From NCBI GenBank assembly GCA_051362555.1, contig CM120646.1:7874001-7938000 (forward strand): a DNA stretch of 64,000 bases, in the 5' to 3' direction. The stretch's first letter is position 1. Every line of letters starts with the position of its first letter. Of the stretch, positions 24,163 to 37,066 are shown in pieces. The notes under the pieces were generated by a model. It searched no databases. It saw nothing but the letters and a program-made list of their open reading frames with translations, and had not been told where the DNA came from. The stretch comes from Lingula anatina (taxonomy: Eukaryota; Animalia; Brachiopoda). The position numbers and the translations under genes are program-made.

Positions 24163-24830
24163 TTTTCCTCCGTGATGTTGCCTTTAGCCGCAGGTACAGG
24201 TACTTCCTGGGGTTTTTTTATTGGCAGCTAAAAATAACAACCCCGTCGCTCCCCGATAATCAACAAAACACACCTAACACAATTAACCTGCTGTATACAG
24301 AACGTTATGCTGGAAAATTTTCAGCATCGGTAAATTACTGTAGGCCTACTTGAGAGTGGATCACTGCTATTCTATTTTCCGAAATATGTCAAGAAAGGGC
24401 AAATATTATTGAAATCGCTCTTATAAGGACTTGGCTTCATAGGTACATAAGGAAACTGTCAAGTGATTGCATGATGCACGAAAATGTTTTATAAGCGGTT
24501 TTATTTAATAATAAATGCGTGCATGAAAACCTGCAATACAAAGTCTCTAGTAGAAATTCAAGCGACTTCCATTTATAATATTATTGTAAAATCCCTTTCT
24601 ACAAATCTAATTTGTACTCAAATAATACAATTAAAGGAATAAACAAGCAAACATACGAATAAACAAGCAAGCAAGACTTTAATTTAATATCAGCCTAACT
24701 ATCCAGCACTTTTTAAATTAAAACACAGAACGGATTTTACGATTTTTCTCATCCAAGAACATTTGTCTTCAAATAGGACGTAAAGATTAAAACACTTGGT
24801 TAAAATATAAACTATAAACTACAAAACATA

Positions 24831-25783
24831 GGCCACACTTTTTTATTTTCATGGATGACATCCTGCGCGCGCACCGATTTTCGTCCGTTCTCCAAAAAAA
24901 AAAAAAACACCTCCAAGGAAGTCGGTTGTCGCAAACGTCGTTATTGAATTTGCCGGAAAATGCAATCGGCAATCCTCGGCTAATTCCGCAAGCTCCATAC
25001 TGTCATTGTCGAGCGCGGAGACATCCGAGTAGCTCCGAGTGCGGAAAATGAGCTTTCTGTGCATGCGTATTATCACCACATGGAAATATGGCCGCTTGCC
25101 GTCAAATTCATCTCTAGCATTAATTTCAAAATACACGACAATTAAAGTCATAAAGAGAACGGGGGCCGTCGTTTTGGATTGGTTTGCCATTGATATTGGA
25201 CATGGAGATATCACCCTTTTACAGTTATACAAAATGCTGATCATCACCCGGAAAATTTCAGTGACATTCTGTCCAAAGCAGCACATACCAGGTTTTTTTT
25301 GTAGCGTAAAAAGGGTCGACAAGAGCGTCGTGGTATTTGGTGGACTGAAGGTCGGGCAGGCCACCCGATAGTTGGCTGCTACGTGTGAGTCGAAGTAGAC
25401 AAAATGGCATCGACCGAAATTACCTTTTTTAGATTTGGTAGTACTGTAGGAAGCATAGGCCTATCTTTGCCTCATTTTTTTAACAATTCTGTGAAGTGTT
25501 TACAATGCTTTAATTTTCTGAGAGTACAAATAAAGACACGCTGTTTATTTGATATTTGTTTTATTGATTGCTATACCAACAAAATGCATGAAATAACCTT
25601 AAATAGATTTGGTAATATGCAGCATTTATATTCATGACTTTTTACCTTTCTACGAAGTAGGCCCTATTTACAATGCTTTAATATTTTGAGAGCATGGATA
25701 AAGACATATTGTTAGTTTGATACGTGTTTCTGTGGTAAATTAGTGTTTCCAGCTGTGTACTGAAAACATAACTTTTCTTAAGC

Positions 25784-25816
<33 letters not shown>

Positions 25817-25907
25817 GACTGTTTTTTTTTTTTTTTTTTTTTCGCCCGCTCGCACCCATTTTGGGGTCCCCAGAGGATGTCATCCATAAAAATAAAAAAG
25901 TGTGGCC
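24831..25907. mobile_element. Non-autonomous TIR element, 3-bp TSD
   Basis: ~34-bp TIR GGCCACACTTTTTTATTTT(C/T)ATGGATGACATCCT, ATA on both flanks. Confidence 0.82.
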
Positions 25908-25915
25908 ATAAGTAA

Positions 25916-26225
25916 AACTAGAGAAGCACTCCGAGAGCGCAGACCTCCGCCAAGGCAGCAAAGTCTCCACCCAATGCCGTTTCACCCCTAAATTTTCATT
26001 CTATAATGATTTAGTTTTTTTATATTATTGATTGATTAATGATTCTGATCACTACCAAAAACTAACCATCTGTTCCTTGGCCCACTTCTGACAATTCCTG
26101 AAAATTCCATCAAAATCGGTCCAAAACTTTTTCTGTAATGTTGCTAACAGACAGATAGACATACATGTATAGACAGACAGACAAACTAACGGAACTTAAA
26201 TCATAACCTCCTTGGCGGAGGTAAA
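25916..26225. mobile_element. Helentron/HINE-like short element
   Basis: IR ACCTCCGCCAAGG...CCTTGGCGGAGGT, internal (ACAG)n, A-rich flanks. Confidence 0.65.
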
Positions 26226-26816
26226 AAAAACCTATCTAGCTTTAAGTAAACAATGCTAGCGTTTAATCCTTCACACACACGGTTCATCAGGCTCATACAT
26301 ACAAAATTATCAACGCTTGATAAAGGTAGCTATGGTTCGTATACAATCTGAAAGATGAGGCAAGCTGGCAGTTCTATAAAGTTATAATTGGCTAATAAAT
26401 GATATATTTTAAAATGAATTCTTCATTTAAACAAGGCAATACCATTTGTGAACGACTGTATAAAAATACAATGAATCTAAGGCGGTTCTTTACAGTGATA
26501 TCTTAACAACACATAGTCAGAGTAATAATAGGTAACATTGATTTCTAGGTCTTTCATCAAAATATGAAAATGCAACACGACACGGTGTGTTCACTCCCAC
26601 ACCCGCCAACACACACACACGCGCGCGCACGTGCACACACGTAGACGCACACAGAAATTTCTAGCATAACACATTTCACCTCTTATTGATGTGTTTGTAT
26701 GCAAATATTTGGTATTTTAAATTGACGGGCATATAATTAAGCTCAGTAAGGATGGAATCTAAAAGAAATATAACAAAAATACTTAAATAGATAAATAGAT
26801 ATTAAAAACATATATA

Positions 26817-27050
26817 CACACTGGACAATAGAATTGTCACCCCCTGAATCAGAGTAATCAAAGTTAAAATGCTTGGTCTACTTAAAATGTAACTAATGAG
26901 TATAAAACCACTGTACAATGGAATTGTATTGTTGGTCTTTTTGTGAAATCTGATGTTAATAAAATGAAACCAGGAGCATATCATTCCACTGTCATTTATC
27001 TCCCCCAAAGTATTAGTTCAGTAGGGGTGACACTTCTATTGTCCAGTGTG
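26817..27050. mobile_element. MITE (Tc1/mariner-like, TA context)
   Basis: TIR CACACTGGACAATAGAA(T/G)TGTCACCCC; absent at the paralogous site ~39300. Confidence 0.75.
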
Positions 27051-27976
27051 TGTATCTTAAAAATCGAGAAAAAATATTTTTAAATTTTTTAAATAATTTC
27101 CAAATCCTTATGTAACACTACACATTGCGCTAACGGTTTTAAGTGATTCTTACAGAGCATAAAACCTCAATGTAATAAAAGCCAATCATTTATAAAAGAT
27201 TATTGAGATATATTCCTCAATGCAATACTTACTTACAATTGATTAAGCTAGCGACAATTCCTATAAAACCCAAAAGTTTAGGCAACAGGTCGAAGACGCT
27301 AAAAGCAATAAATGATGATTTATATATCTAGGAATAAATATATTTAAGCAAAGTAATAAGCAACACATTGACACAGTGAAAGCAAATTTTTGAATCGTCC
27401 TACGTAATGTGAAAATGCAACGCAGTCTTGGAAAGTAACAAAAGTATTACAGCCAATACCAACAAGTTTTCAACAATTAATTGATTTTATTAATGCCTAA
27501 AATCACAGATGTGCTCCCTTAACAGTTTAGTCGTAGCTTGCGACACCAAACTAGCATGTTATCATAATTCAATACTGTACAGTGTGAAAATACTTAAAAT
27601 CGGAATCAATTACTATAAAATGTTTTGGATGCGTCATATACTTGTATGCAAGAAGCATAACACTTTGATGATTGTATGACATATGCATGTAAATTTAAAT
27701 TTCTTCAAGTCATTTTGTTATACATTGAACATTGTGGATCTTTTTAATTACGAACCAAGTACATGTTGAGAGGTTCCTGACTGCATGTATAACGAAACAT
27801 CTTCAACTATTGTACTGCCACAAAATGTGGAGTTCAAGATCGTTAAATCTGCAATTTTCATGATAATTTCCTATTATTTAAGGGTTTAATATTTTAACCA
27901 TTAGGTATATTATACAATACAATCACTCATCTGGGCCACCGTTGAATTGACTAGTCTTGACATCATCCTTGGAAAG

Positions 27977-28377
27977 TTAAATGTAATTATAGTCACCAAT
28001 ACCATTTGTGGCGGTAGACGGCAACAGGTTCTCTCCAAGTTCCATGTATTGCCCATCTGAACAATTATCCCGCCGAAGTTCTTCGTAACTATTCGCCAAT
28101 GCAGTATCGTCATAGTCAGCATGAACCCCATCAAAACCAGAGGAATGATCTGTCGCGTGATTCATAGATACTTGGATATTGAATGGACAGCTGTTAACGT
28201 TGTTTGAGTGTTCTGTTACATTGTTTGTAATAACAGTGTTATGTTGCTGTTCAGATGCTTGTGATTTGAGTCTTCTGGACAATGACCGAATGCGGAATAC
28301 AAGGTATGCAATTATGCAAAAAAGGCACATTGCTAACAACGATATCACAATGATTGATACTGTTCTCCCATCAATGC
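27977..28377 (-). CDS. IgSF gene C, type-1 TM + tail exon (8 aa longer than in B)
   Basis: tacAG acceptor, phase 1; TM VSIIVISLLAMCLFCIIAYLVF; YEEL-x9-YMEL, YNYI*. Confidence 0.88.
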
Positions 28378-28883
28378 CTGTAATACAACAAATATAATTT
28401 AAATGGGTTGCCAAGTATAATCCTTTCTGATTTTTGTTAACTGAAACATAATATACCCTTTGGTACGACCACACTAAAATATTCACCCGGAATGTCTAAT
28501 GATCTACAACGTTCACATTTAATTTATAAGGATGGTACAGAAGCATAGTTAGTCGGATGAGAGTGTCCCAGTACCAAGAAAAGAGGGTGATGAATACAGA
28601 TTATCGAGTAGAAGTTATCTGACTTTTGTCAACTGAAACATAATATACACATTGGTAGCACCACTGTAAAATATCAACCCGGAATGTCTTATGATGTGCC
28701 ACGTTCACGTTTATGATACCGAAGCATGGTTAACCGTATGAGAGTGTCCCAGTACAAAGAAGATTATCAAGTAGAAGTTCACGGTCGGTTACCAAAGCCC
28801 CCACCCCGCCCACCCCTTCAACCAACAGGTACTGAGTACTGTACACCTCAGTTTGTGTTCCGCAGTGCTCTTGGTTTAATTAC

Positions 28884-28904
28884 ATGTTGTTGTAGATGGA
28901 GACA
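28884..28904 (-). CDS. IgSF gene C, 21-nt stalk micro-exon (VSPSTTT)
   Basis: AG/GT conserved with the gene B copy. Confidence 0.55.
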
Positions 28905-29192
28905 CTGCAAATGTGATATAAGAGAAATACAAAACAGACTATAAATGAATAAATTAATATGTAACCAAGTATATTCCCTGAAAAATAATTAGCGTCACCT
29001 AAACTGACTAAGATTGTTTGCATTACAGCTGGAAAGGTTGTGGTGGAATGGAAAACTGTATGATCTTCTAATTGGCTATGCCAGATAAAGCGTGAGAATT
29101 GACTTAAACTAACGAGTACTTTATGGTTGGCTTGAAAAGTTTTTATCATATTTTGAAGCAAACGAAAACAATTTACACCGAACTGCACCTAC

Positions 29193-29228
29193 CTCCTGTA
29201 GATTTTGCAGGTTTGTTAGCTGAGAGAG
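29193..29228 (-). CDS. IgSF gene C, stalk micro-exon (ALSANKPAKSTG)
   Basis: 36 nt, AG/GTAGGT, phase 1-1. Confidence 0.78.
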
Positions 29229-29257
29229 CTGAAAAAAACATAAAGAGGCACTTATTA

Positions 29258-32200
29258 CACAGCACAAAAAGTCAATTTTCAGCTCTTTTACTCTTCAGGA
29301 AATGGGTCTGAATATTCTCTTTACAAGCCTTTTCAACGGTGTAAAGCTCTACCGGAAAGGTCAGGGTCTACGGGTTTACTACCCTTTTATGCCTAAGCTT
29401 AAAATTGTAGTTGCACTATTACTACGTCTTTCCGATCAAGTATAGGCGTCTAAAAACAACCTCTTTACAACTCCTTTCCGATCAAATATAGGCGATTTTT
29501 GACACGTCTTTATAACCCTTTTCCGATGAAGTAAATGCGATATGAGGTATGTCATTATAACCCTTTTCCGATCAAATAAAGGCAATTTCAGGTAAGTCTT
29601 TACAACCCTTATCTAATCAAATATGGACGATTATAGTTATTTCGATTACTTATAGCACTGATAATGTTTCAAATTCATGTAGCATTTCATTTAATGAGAG
29701 GAAGGCTTGTGAATTTTCATTTATAGTAATTTATTGCAAAAAACAACAACCATTACAATGCAGTGGGGATTATGTTTATAAAGCGCAACACAGCTACTAT
29801 ATTTCACAAGTGGAAAGTAATCTTACACTAATGTATTATTTTGTACACTCATTATACGCACACCCTAAACAATAGCGAATACCATTTAAAATATACCTAG
29901 TAAAATAATTACGCAAATAAATACGAACCACATTTAAATACGACTTTCCAGAACAAAATCTAAGCAAAAGTACAATTATAGGAACGTCACAGATTCATAA
30001 ATAGAGGCTTTTTCCATTATTTATCTGACATCTGGTAAACATATGAGGAAAACGAAAACGACTACTACTTATCCATCGACTTAATGTATTTGCAGAGAGT
30101 GGCCACTCGTTAAATAACATGCCAATTATGTGTGCCCTAATTGCCCGACCCCGTTTTAAGAATTACACTCATTAGGTATTTTTGTTCACATTGAGTAAGG
30201 CGATGAAGCCAAGTTTCCAAGCAAAGATGAAATATTGTCACCAAAACCCCTACAAAATGCGTAGCCTAAAGAAATAGAATAACATTAAAAATACGGGAAA
30301 ATTAAAAAGAAGAGAAACGCAACACATTTTGTACCTGAAATATCCGACTAACTTAAAGTATTTAATCAAAATCAAATAAATGCTGCTCAAATTCTAAGAG
30401 AAAAATTTACTTTCAGAATAAATCTGTAGAAAATACAGCTAATTATTTCTTGAAGTGTGTGAAACGTTCATGTTATTTAGCGTGATTCGTGAAGCACCCC
30501 ATTCACGCGACTTGTGAATGCAATTGTTTATTCTCCACCCTTCGTGAAACGAAGACATTATACCCGGTGATACGTGATTTTCAGGATATTTTTAAAATGC
30601 CTACTATCAGTGAGATAATAATGCACTGTAATTTGTGCATTGATGATTTAGCTTCCCGCGTACTGTAGTCATTTGGACTTTCAAGAATGGGCCTGAATTA
30701 TTACATATCAGTTTACTTGGGATCACAGCAAAATAATATACAAATATATGTTCAAATATAAGAAGTACTGATCTCATTGTAATAACAATATATATAAAAA
30801 CAGTAAGTAAAAATCAATCACCGTAAAGGAGATATATTAACATTTTTCATGTTGAATACTGTGGTATTATCTAATCTACAACTTTGGATTCTAATCGTCC
30901 TTGCGTGTAAATTATTTTCCACACATCAAATCGCCCTTGCGTGTAAATTATTTTCCACACATCAATTTGAGCACTTCTTTAGCCTGGCACACCCCCGCGT
31001 CAGATATTTCTGCCGTTGCCCCTTTCAACGTCTTCCCTTTGTTCTGTGCTGCTATCGCCCTTTCCTTTTTTCCAGCGCGGTGTCCTTCTTAACGGTTTCT
31101 GTGAAGATATAACGAAATGATATCAAAATATAATGTGTAATAACGTATTAAACATAACTGGGTAAAGGGAACAGCATGTCTGACTAAAAAAAATTCAGAG
31201 AAATATCAGGATTGAGAATTACAAGAATGCATGTAGCCTACCATTACAACAGACATGGAGAATGTAATAAAATCAAAGACTTGGTAATTTATCAACACAC
31301 ATTGATAATCAATTATTAAAGATAAAAATACATGAATATTATGAAAATAACAAAAGGAATAAAACCACTTACTGTCTTCATCCTCTCGTTTTTCCTGTAC
31401 ATATACTCTGTACTCTGTCTCTGTGGCTATCTTCACACCACACCACATCCTCCCCTTTGTAGTTGCGATTTAACATTCGTTGTTTAGGGGTGGTCGGCTC
31501 ATGTCTTAGTTAAACTAACTCTTATCAAAATAACACGATCCAGGTCTGGGCCCCTAGGGACGTGTGTTTTGACAGCGCCCCTGGTTAAAAGCTTTGAGAT
31601 TGTTTTTAAATTTGGGACGTTAGAGTTTAGATTGAAGTATAAAAGTCCCTTAGATGCGTTATCACGTGTTTGTGAAGAGATGACAACGGTGATAGAACGT
31701 GCACGTGTCCGTCTTATAATTCTGATTCGAATTATGTTAGATAACTATTTATTGCCGTATTCAATATTATCGGCTGTTGTTTCACTTCGGTATGATGTGA
31801 GAGAGGTGTCTGGCCTCTGTATGTGTTTGACCTGAAGGCCGACTGTACGAGATACACACAGTGCGGCTGGGGAAACGAAAAAAAAGGGGGGTTGGACTGG
31901 TTGCAGAAAGCGCTTTTCGGTCAACAAGTGACCTTCATCAGCTGCAGAGTCCTGAAAAAAAGAGGGGGGGGACTGTGCTTAAACAAAGAAGTGAGAAACC
32001 AAAACACTTGGTTTAAGCCTTCATCACCGCGTTTGGAGAGAGGTTACATAAAAGATTAAATAGCTTATTGGCCACCATGCTGCTTGTTATATTGACCTCA
32101 GCTCATAAGTCATCTCTCGACCATCGTGTTTCAATGGTACTTCGTGTGAAAACTGTGTTAATTACTGGTAGCAATCCCCATACAAATACAACCGAATCCG

Positions 32201-33858
32201 GCTGTCATCTAAAGCAGGCCTGTCCTTCTCTGTCAAAGTCCAGAACTTATAAACAAAATAGCCGGCGATTTACTTATTTTCATGTGAAAAATGAATTTCT
32301 ATGAAGAAATCAGTATATTGCGATATGATACATTTTCATTAGCAGAAGCCGTGTAAAAGTGATACACGATGTACGTTTAATGTGCAGTGATTCTTCACTT
32401 ACGTGGTTTAACCACCTCCTCTTCGTCACCCACTATGAGCAAGATATGATCATCAATAGAAAAGTACTCCTGTTATATACGTATTACGGCACATCATACT
32501 GATAATGTTTGCTATATATCAACATATTTATCGCTGCTTAACCTTGCAAAATAACAATGGTCTTATAGTTATTCAGTTTTTCAAGCAAGGTTTTTTATGA
32601 CAGCTAGTTTAGAACTAATGGTTTACTTATGGTTCTAGACATGGTCTATCGAGCGAAATCTTATCGTGGGATGTACTACGATCAGTTGTGGGGCAACACT
32701 TATTCATCAAAAAAATTCTAATGCATCTCCAGTCAACATTGGTATTAAAGTATTTTTGTTTTCGTCTTTTAGCTGGATGAAATATTGAAGGAGACCGTGA
32801 CGTACATTGTTGTTAGTCGGGCTTTGTTGAAATTTCCCCGCCACCAGCGCATAGTGTGACACATCTTTATCCTTTTTTGTTTGTTCTCCGCTCAGTGTTG
32901 ATTAAATATTAGAACGTTTAACGGTCACCCGCTGGTTCTTCCAACTCCCTTATTAATTAAAGATTGGTTGCACCACTGCACACGCTGATTCAATGCATAA
33001 GCACTACGTCATTAGTGTAATAAACTTAAGATCTATTTAAACTGCCGCAGTCTATATCGCGATCGACTAAGGAATCTTTATTAATACACCTTATTAATTG
33101 AAAAAAAAAAAATACACTGACTGTGTATCATGATTTCACTGAAATGATTTTTACTCCGGAGACACCTTAAAACGTATCCTATAAAATCCAGATTGTAAGC
33201 GCAAGTGTGATTAACAATTTCTATAGTACAAGCGACAAGTTAAATGCTAGTCAGGTATGTTGCTGCAACCAGAGTTGCATATCCAAGGCCGCGGCCAAAC
33301 TTTTAATAATCAAACAGAATGGCCTTTGACCAAGTCTTATTCATTATAATTCATTGCAATTTTATGGAAATAATGATCATGCTTTAAATATAGACTTTGA
33401 TATCGCTTCTAAGCAATCTGTATTAATTTAAGAGAAATGAAATGATGAATAACAAAATATGATAAGCCCTCGGGGGAAGCTTCCTCAGGAGAGATGTTCT
33501 AATGATCGGGATGATCACGCCTTTCGACAGTATATACATGTAGCGCACCTAAGATAATAAAATGGAATTTTGAAATGAATTAACAATATAAATCTTTCAG
33601 TTCCATTGAAATCTCATGTTCTTAAATGTCAGTCACAATCCAATAACGACCGTCACATAATACCAAGGCGGAAAAACGTTGTTCAGTCGCGAAGAAAGAC
33701 GAACGAGATTACGCCTGTTGAAAGGCCGTGTAAAAGAGAAAGGGGTACTCCTGCGCGGAAAAACGTCATTCAGTCGCGCGTTGTAAAGGCCAGCTTGCAC
33801 TGTTCCGACGTCATTCCGCGGAGGCTGAAAAATCGGAAAGATTTGTTTTTGTGCTGTG
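29258..33858. mobile_element. CACTA/EnSpm(CMC)-like non-autonomous transposon, 4.6 kb, in a stalk intron of gene C
   Basis: TIR CACAGCACAAAAA...TTTTTGTGCTGTG, TTA TSD (empty site ggcacttattattcaatc in gene B), subterminal tandem repeats at 29420-29620 and 33665-33830; no long ORF. Confidence 0.85.
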
Positions 33859-34598
33859 TTATTCAATCGACAACGTGCCGAGAGAAAACTAATTATAATC
33901 CTTGCATCACTGGGGGCTTGTCGATCCCATTGCAAAGAAATAATGCAGAAATGTGGAGCAATAAAATAAAATAAAATATGAACGAGTGAGTGTTGGAGTA
34001 TATTTTTGGTATCGGAAGTCTCATAGATCAATGTGACTATATTATTTTAAATATTGCCAACTTTCAAGAGTTGAAAGGCTTTTTGGTTCACTTTTTGAAG
34101 GATATTTACATTTAAAACTTAATGTTTAAGGCACTCTTTTCGGCGTTTACCTGCCAAATTGACTTTTCCTCTGAAAACGACAATTTTCACTTACTAACAA
34201 ATCATTGACGGCAATTGGAATCGGGGTTTCATTCGATTTTAGTTTGATTTGTTTCTAAATTACTCACCAGTTATTTAGAAAGCTATGTCATCTTGTATAT
34301 TTCAAAAATATCAACCGACGTCAGGCACTTATATTTCAGGGGTTTTTATATAGTTCTTAACGTAAGAATTAGACTTTGGATTATTTCAAAAGTGTACATT
34401 TTATTTTACTTTTAATTCTACGCCCAAGTAGATAAACATATAATAAATGTACGGATGTGCATTCCATGTAAATAGGTAAAACCGGATAAGGCATGAGAAA
34501 TGAATGGGGGACTTAATACGTCCATTCTTTTTTATCAGGACAAATAGTTTTAAAATGAAGCAATTAAGAAAAATAAATGCATCATAAATTGTACCTAC

Positions 34599-34640
34599 CT
34601 GCATGATTAGTTGATTTCATAGTAGTGGTAGTTGAAGGAG
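34599..34640 (-). CDS. IgSF gene C, stalk micro-exon (APSTTTTMKSTNHA)
   Basis: 42 nt, AG/GTAGGT. Confidence 0.8.
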
Positions 34641-34910
34641 CTAAAAAAGATATTCAGTCACTTCTTAAGATACGTGATAATAATTGTACCTCATGTACAT
34701 CCACGAGCCAAGAAGAATGATTCAGATAAGCAGTAAAACGAGCACGCACAGGAATAGTGTTGAAAATGTTTTACAGAGTATGTTACAAACAAAGATATAA
34801 GCTCTTTGCGGTAAAGTTAAGGCTTTTCCAGTACCTTATTTTGGTCCGCAAGTGAAGTGAAATGAACAAACTACCAATCCGAGTAAAATACACAAACCAA
34901 ATATATATAC

Positions 34911-35222
34911 CAGCACTCTCAGGCACTATAACACTTGTCTTGGTTTGACTTGTAAGAGAATCGTGCAATAGTTGGCAAAATACTTGAGTTGGATCTGCCT
35001 GGGTTGCCATCACTTCTACTGCACTTTCGACCAGAAAGGTGTCTCCCTGGGGTGTCACCGTGTTCGAAGTTTCATTCATCTTGACCTGCATCTGATCAGA
35101 ACTCTGCATTTTAAACCATTTTATCTCGGGTGCTGGTCTGCCGCCATCAGAGGAACAAGATACCCGGTAGGTGCCTGTAGCGACTTCAGGTCCTCGTGTA
35201 ATCTGGGGTGGGTTTGGTCGAT
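34911..35222 (-). CDS. IgSF gene C, C2-set Ig domain exon
   Basis: 312 nt, AG/GT, CSSDGGRPAPEIKW...FCQLLH. Confidence 0.92.
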
Positions 35223-36029
35223 CTACAAAGTAGTACAATTATAAGTTACATATGAAATCATATCTTTGCCACTAAACCAAACCAAATGAAACCATATGGT
35301 TTCAAAAACATAGATATAACAAATGTTTTCGTCGAATACATTCAGAATATGATATTTAAGGAAGTATGTTCTGCTTTCTGTTTGTGCTACAGTATATATA
35401 ACCCTTTGTTGTTTCCATCAATAATCATTTGAATATTAATGTAATTGTTTGTGCAAAAATAATGCCCTACACATTACTACTTTATTTGGTGGACTTTTAC
35501 GAACCGGAGTCACGGATAAACAGAGTAAGTTTACGACCAAAATATTTTAGAAGTGCAGTTGTAAAGTTTTTCTTTGGCTGACCAAGTGATTAATTAAGTT
35601 TATCCTTTGTCATGTCGACTCTCTTTGAATCATATAAGAAAATAGTCGAAATTGTTAATATGCGTTATAGGGAACATACGCTTGCTTCATACATGTATGT
35701 AACTTAAACATAATACAACAGACGGTGCGCATGAAACATTCAAGAAGTATGAGAGTCATGCCGACATTTCGTACGAGTCTTTAAGATGACCCATTCATAC
35801 AATTACAGCTATATATGATTACTGGTGAAATGAAAGTGATAACACCTAGAAGATGGCGCACAACCTCTAATGGTAAACGCTATATTATTTCCATATTTAA
35901 GGTTTTGGTCCATGCCTACTAAATTAGTAATGATTTCCTCCCTTATTTCTTCTAAATCATCCTTAACTTTCAATACATCCTCTCTATGGACAGAAATCGA
36001 ACATGCTAATACTTCAGTGATTTACTTAC

Positions 36030-36404
36030 AGAGTAAACTAAGGATTTGCTCGTCAGTTGTCACGGTGGCTACATTGAATTCAGTGTTAACACGACATCTA
36101 TAGCTCCCCTCATCTGCCATGGTGACTCCACCGATTGTTAACGTGAATGAAGGATCAGAGCCTGAAGCCGTCACATCAGCTCTATTGGTATAGCTGTTGA
36201 ATTTCCTGGGAGTTCCATCAGATACCTGTATAGCTACTATTTGGTTTGCTGTGTCAGTTCCATCTCTGAAAAAAACCACATACGACGCCGTCTCTCCGGG
36301 ATCCACTGTGTAACTGCACATAAGGTTAAGTGGTTGTGGGTTGCCGCCCTCAGGATTCATGACGTATCCATTGACAGGCAAACCAGCTAATGTTACTTCT
36401 AACC
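36030..36404 (-). CDS. IgSF gene C, V-type Ig domain exon
   Basis: 375 nt, AG/GTAAGT, LMCSY...ADEGSYRC. Confidence 0.93.
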
Positions 36405-37011
36405 CTAAAAAAGGATATACATCTTTCATTTCAATGGCAAATGTAGCAAATGGCAATCCACCTATATTATCAAAAGAGAATAGAGATATTTATGTTATCG
36501 TGGGAAGCATTCAAGCCTGTGACGATTGATAAAAATGAACAAAATTCTGTGTATCAATCCTAGCAATTGGTTTGAATCTTAAGATGCTAGTTATTTGCAT
36601 TTGTTTTCTTGTTTGAACGGAGACAGGTATTGGATTGTTATAGTAAGCTTAGGTACTTTATCAAGGTTGGGCCAGTAAAATGAGGTCATGTCTGTTTATC
36701 CTTATTTCTGCAACATCCATCTTAATTCAATCGACTGCTAAGCATTTATACCAGGAAGTAATGGTGGGACCCGTCCCAGCCAAGATGAAGCTTTTTTAGT
36801 TACTTTATACCCCTTGCAGGGTAATTATCAAAAGATTTATTATGTTCATTTTTTGTTTTGATGAGGAAAATACCATTCTGTTGATAAATCGAGTAGGGGA
36901 GTTTGAGGAGGACGCATACCCCGGTATCTATGACCAAGGATAAGCTGAAATAATTTTTAGATGACTCATATACTTTGAAGCAGCGTACATTGCAACACGT
37001 TTACTTCCTAC

Positions 37012-37066
37012 CTTTAGTTGTATATGGAGCTACACAGATCAGCACATAAAGACACCACGTCTTCAT
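37012..37066 (-). CDS. IgSF gene C, leader exon (MKTWCLYVLICVAPYTTK-G)
   Basis: 55 nt, phase 1, AG|GTAGGA donor. Confidence 0.88.

Noticed and set aside
24849-25371. 171-aa and 110-aa ORFs
   Set aside because: Inside a non-autonomous TIR element, with no recognisable domain
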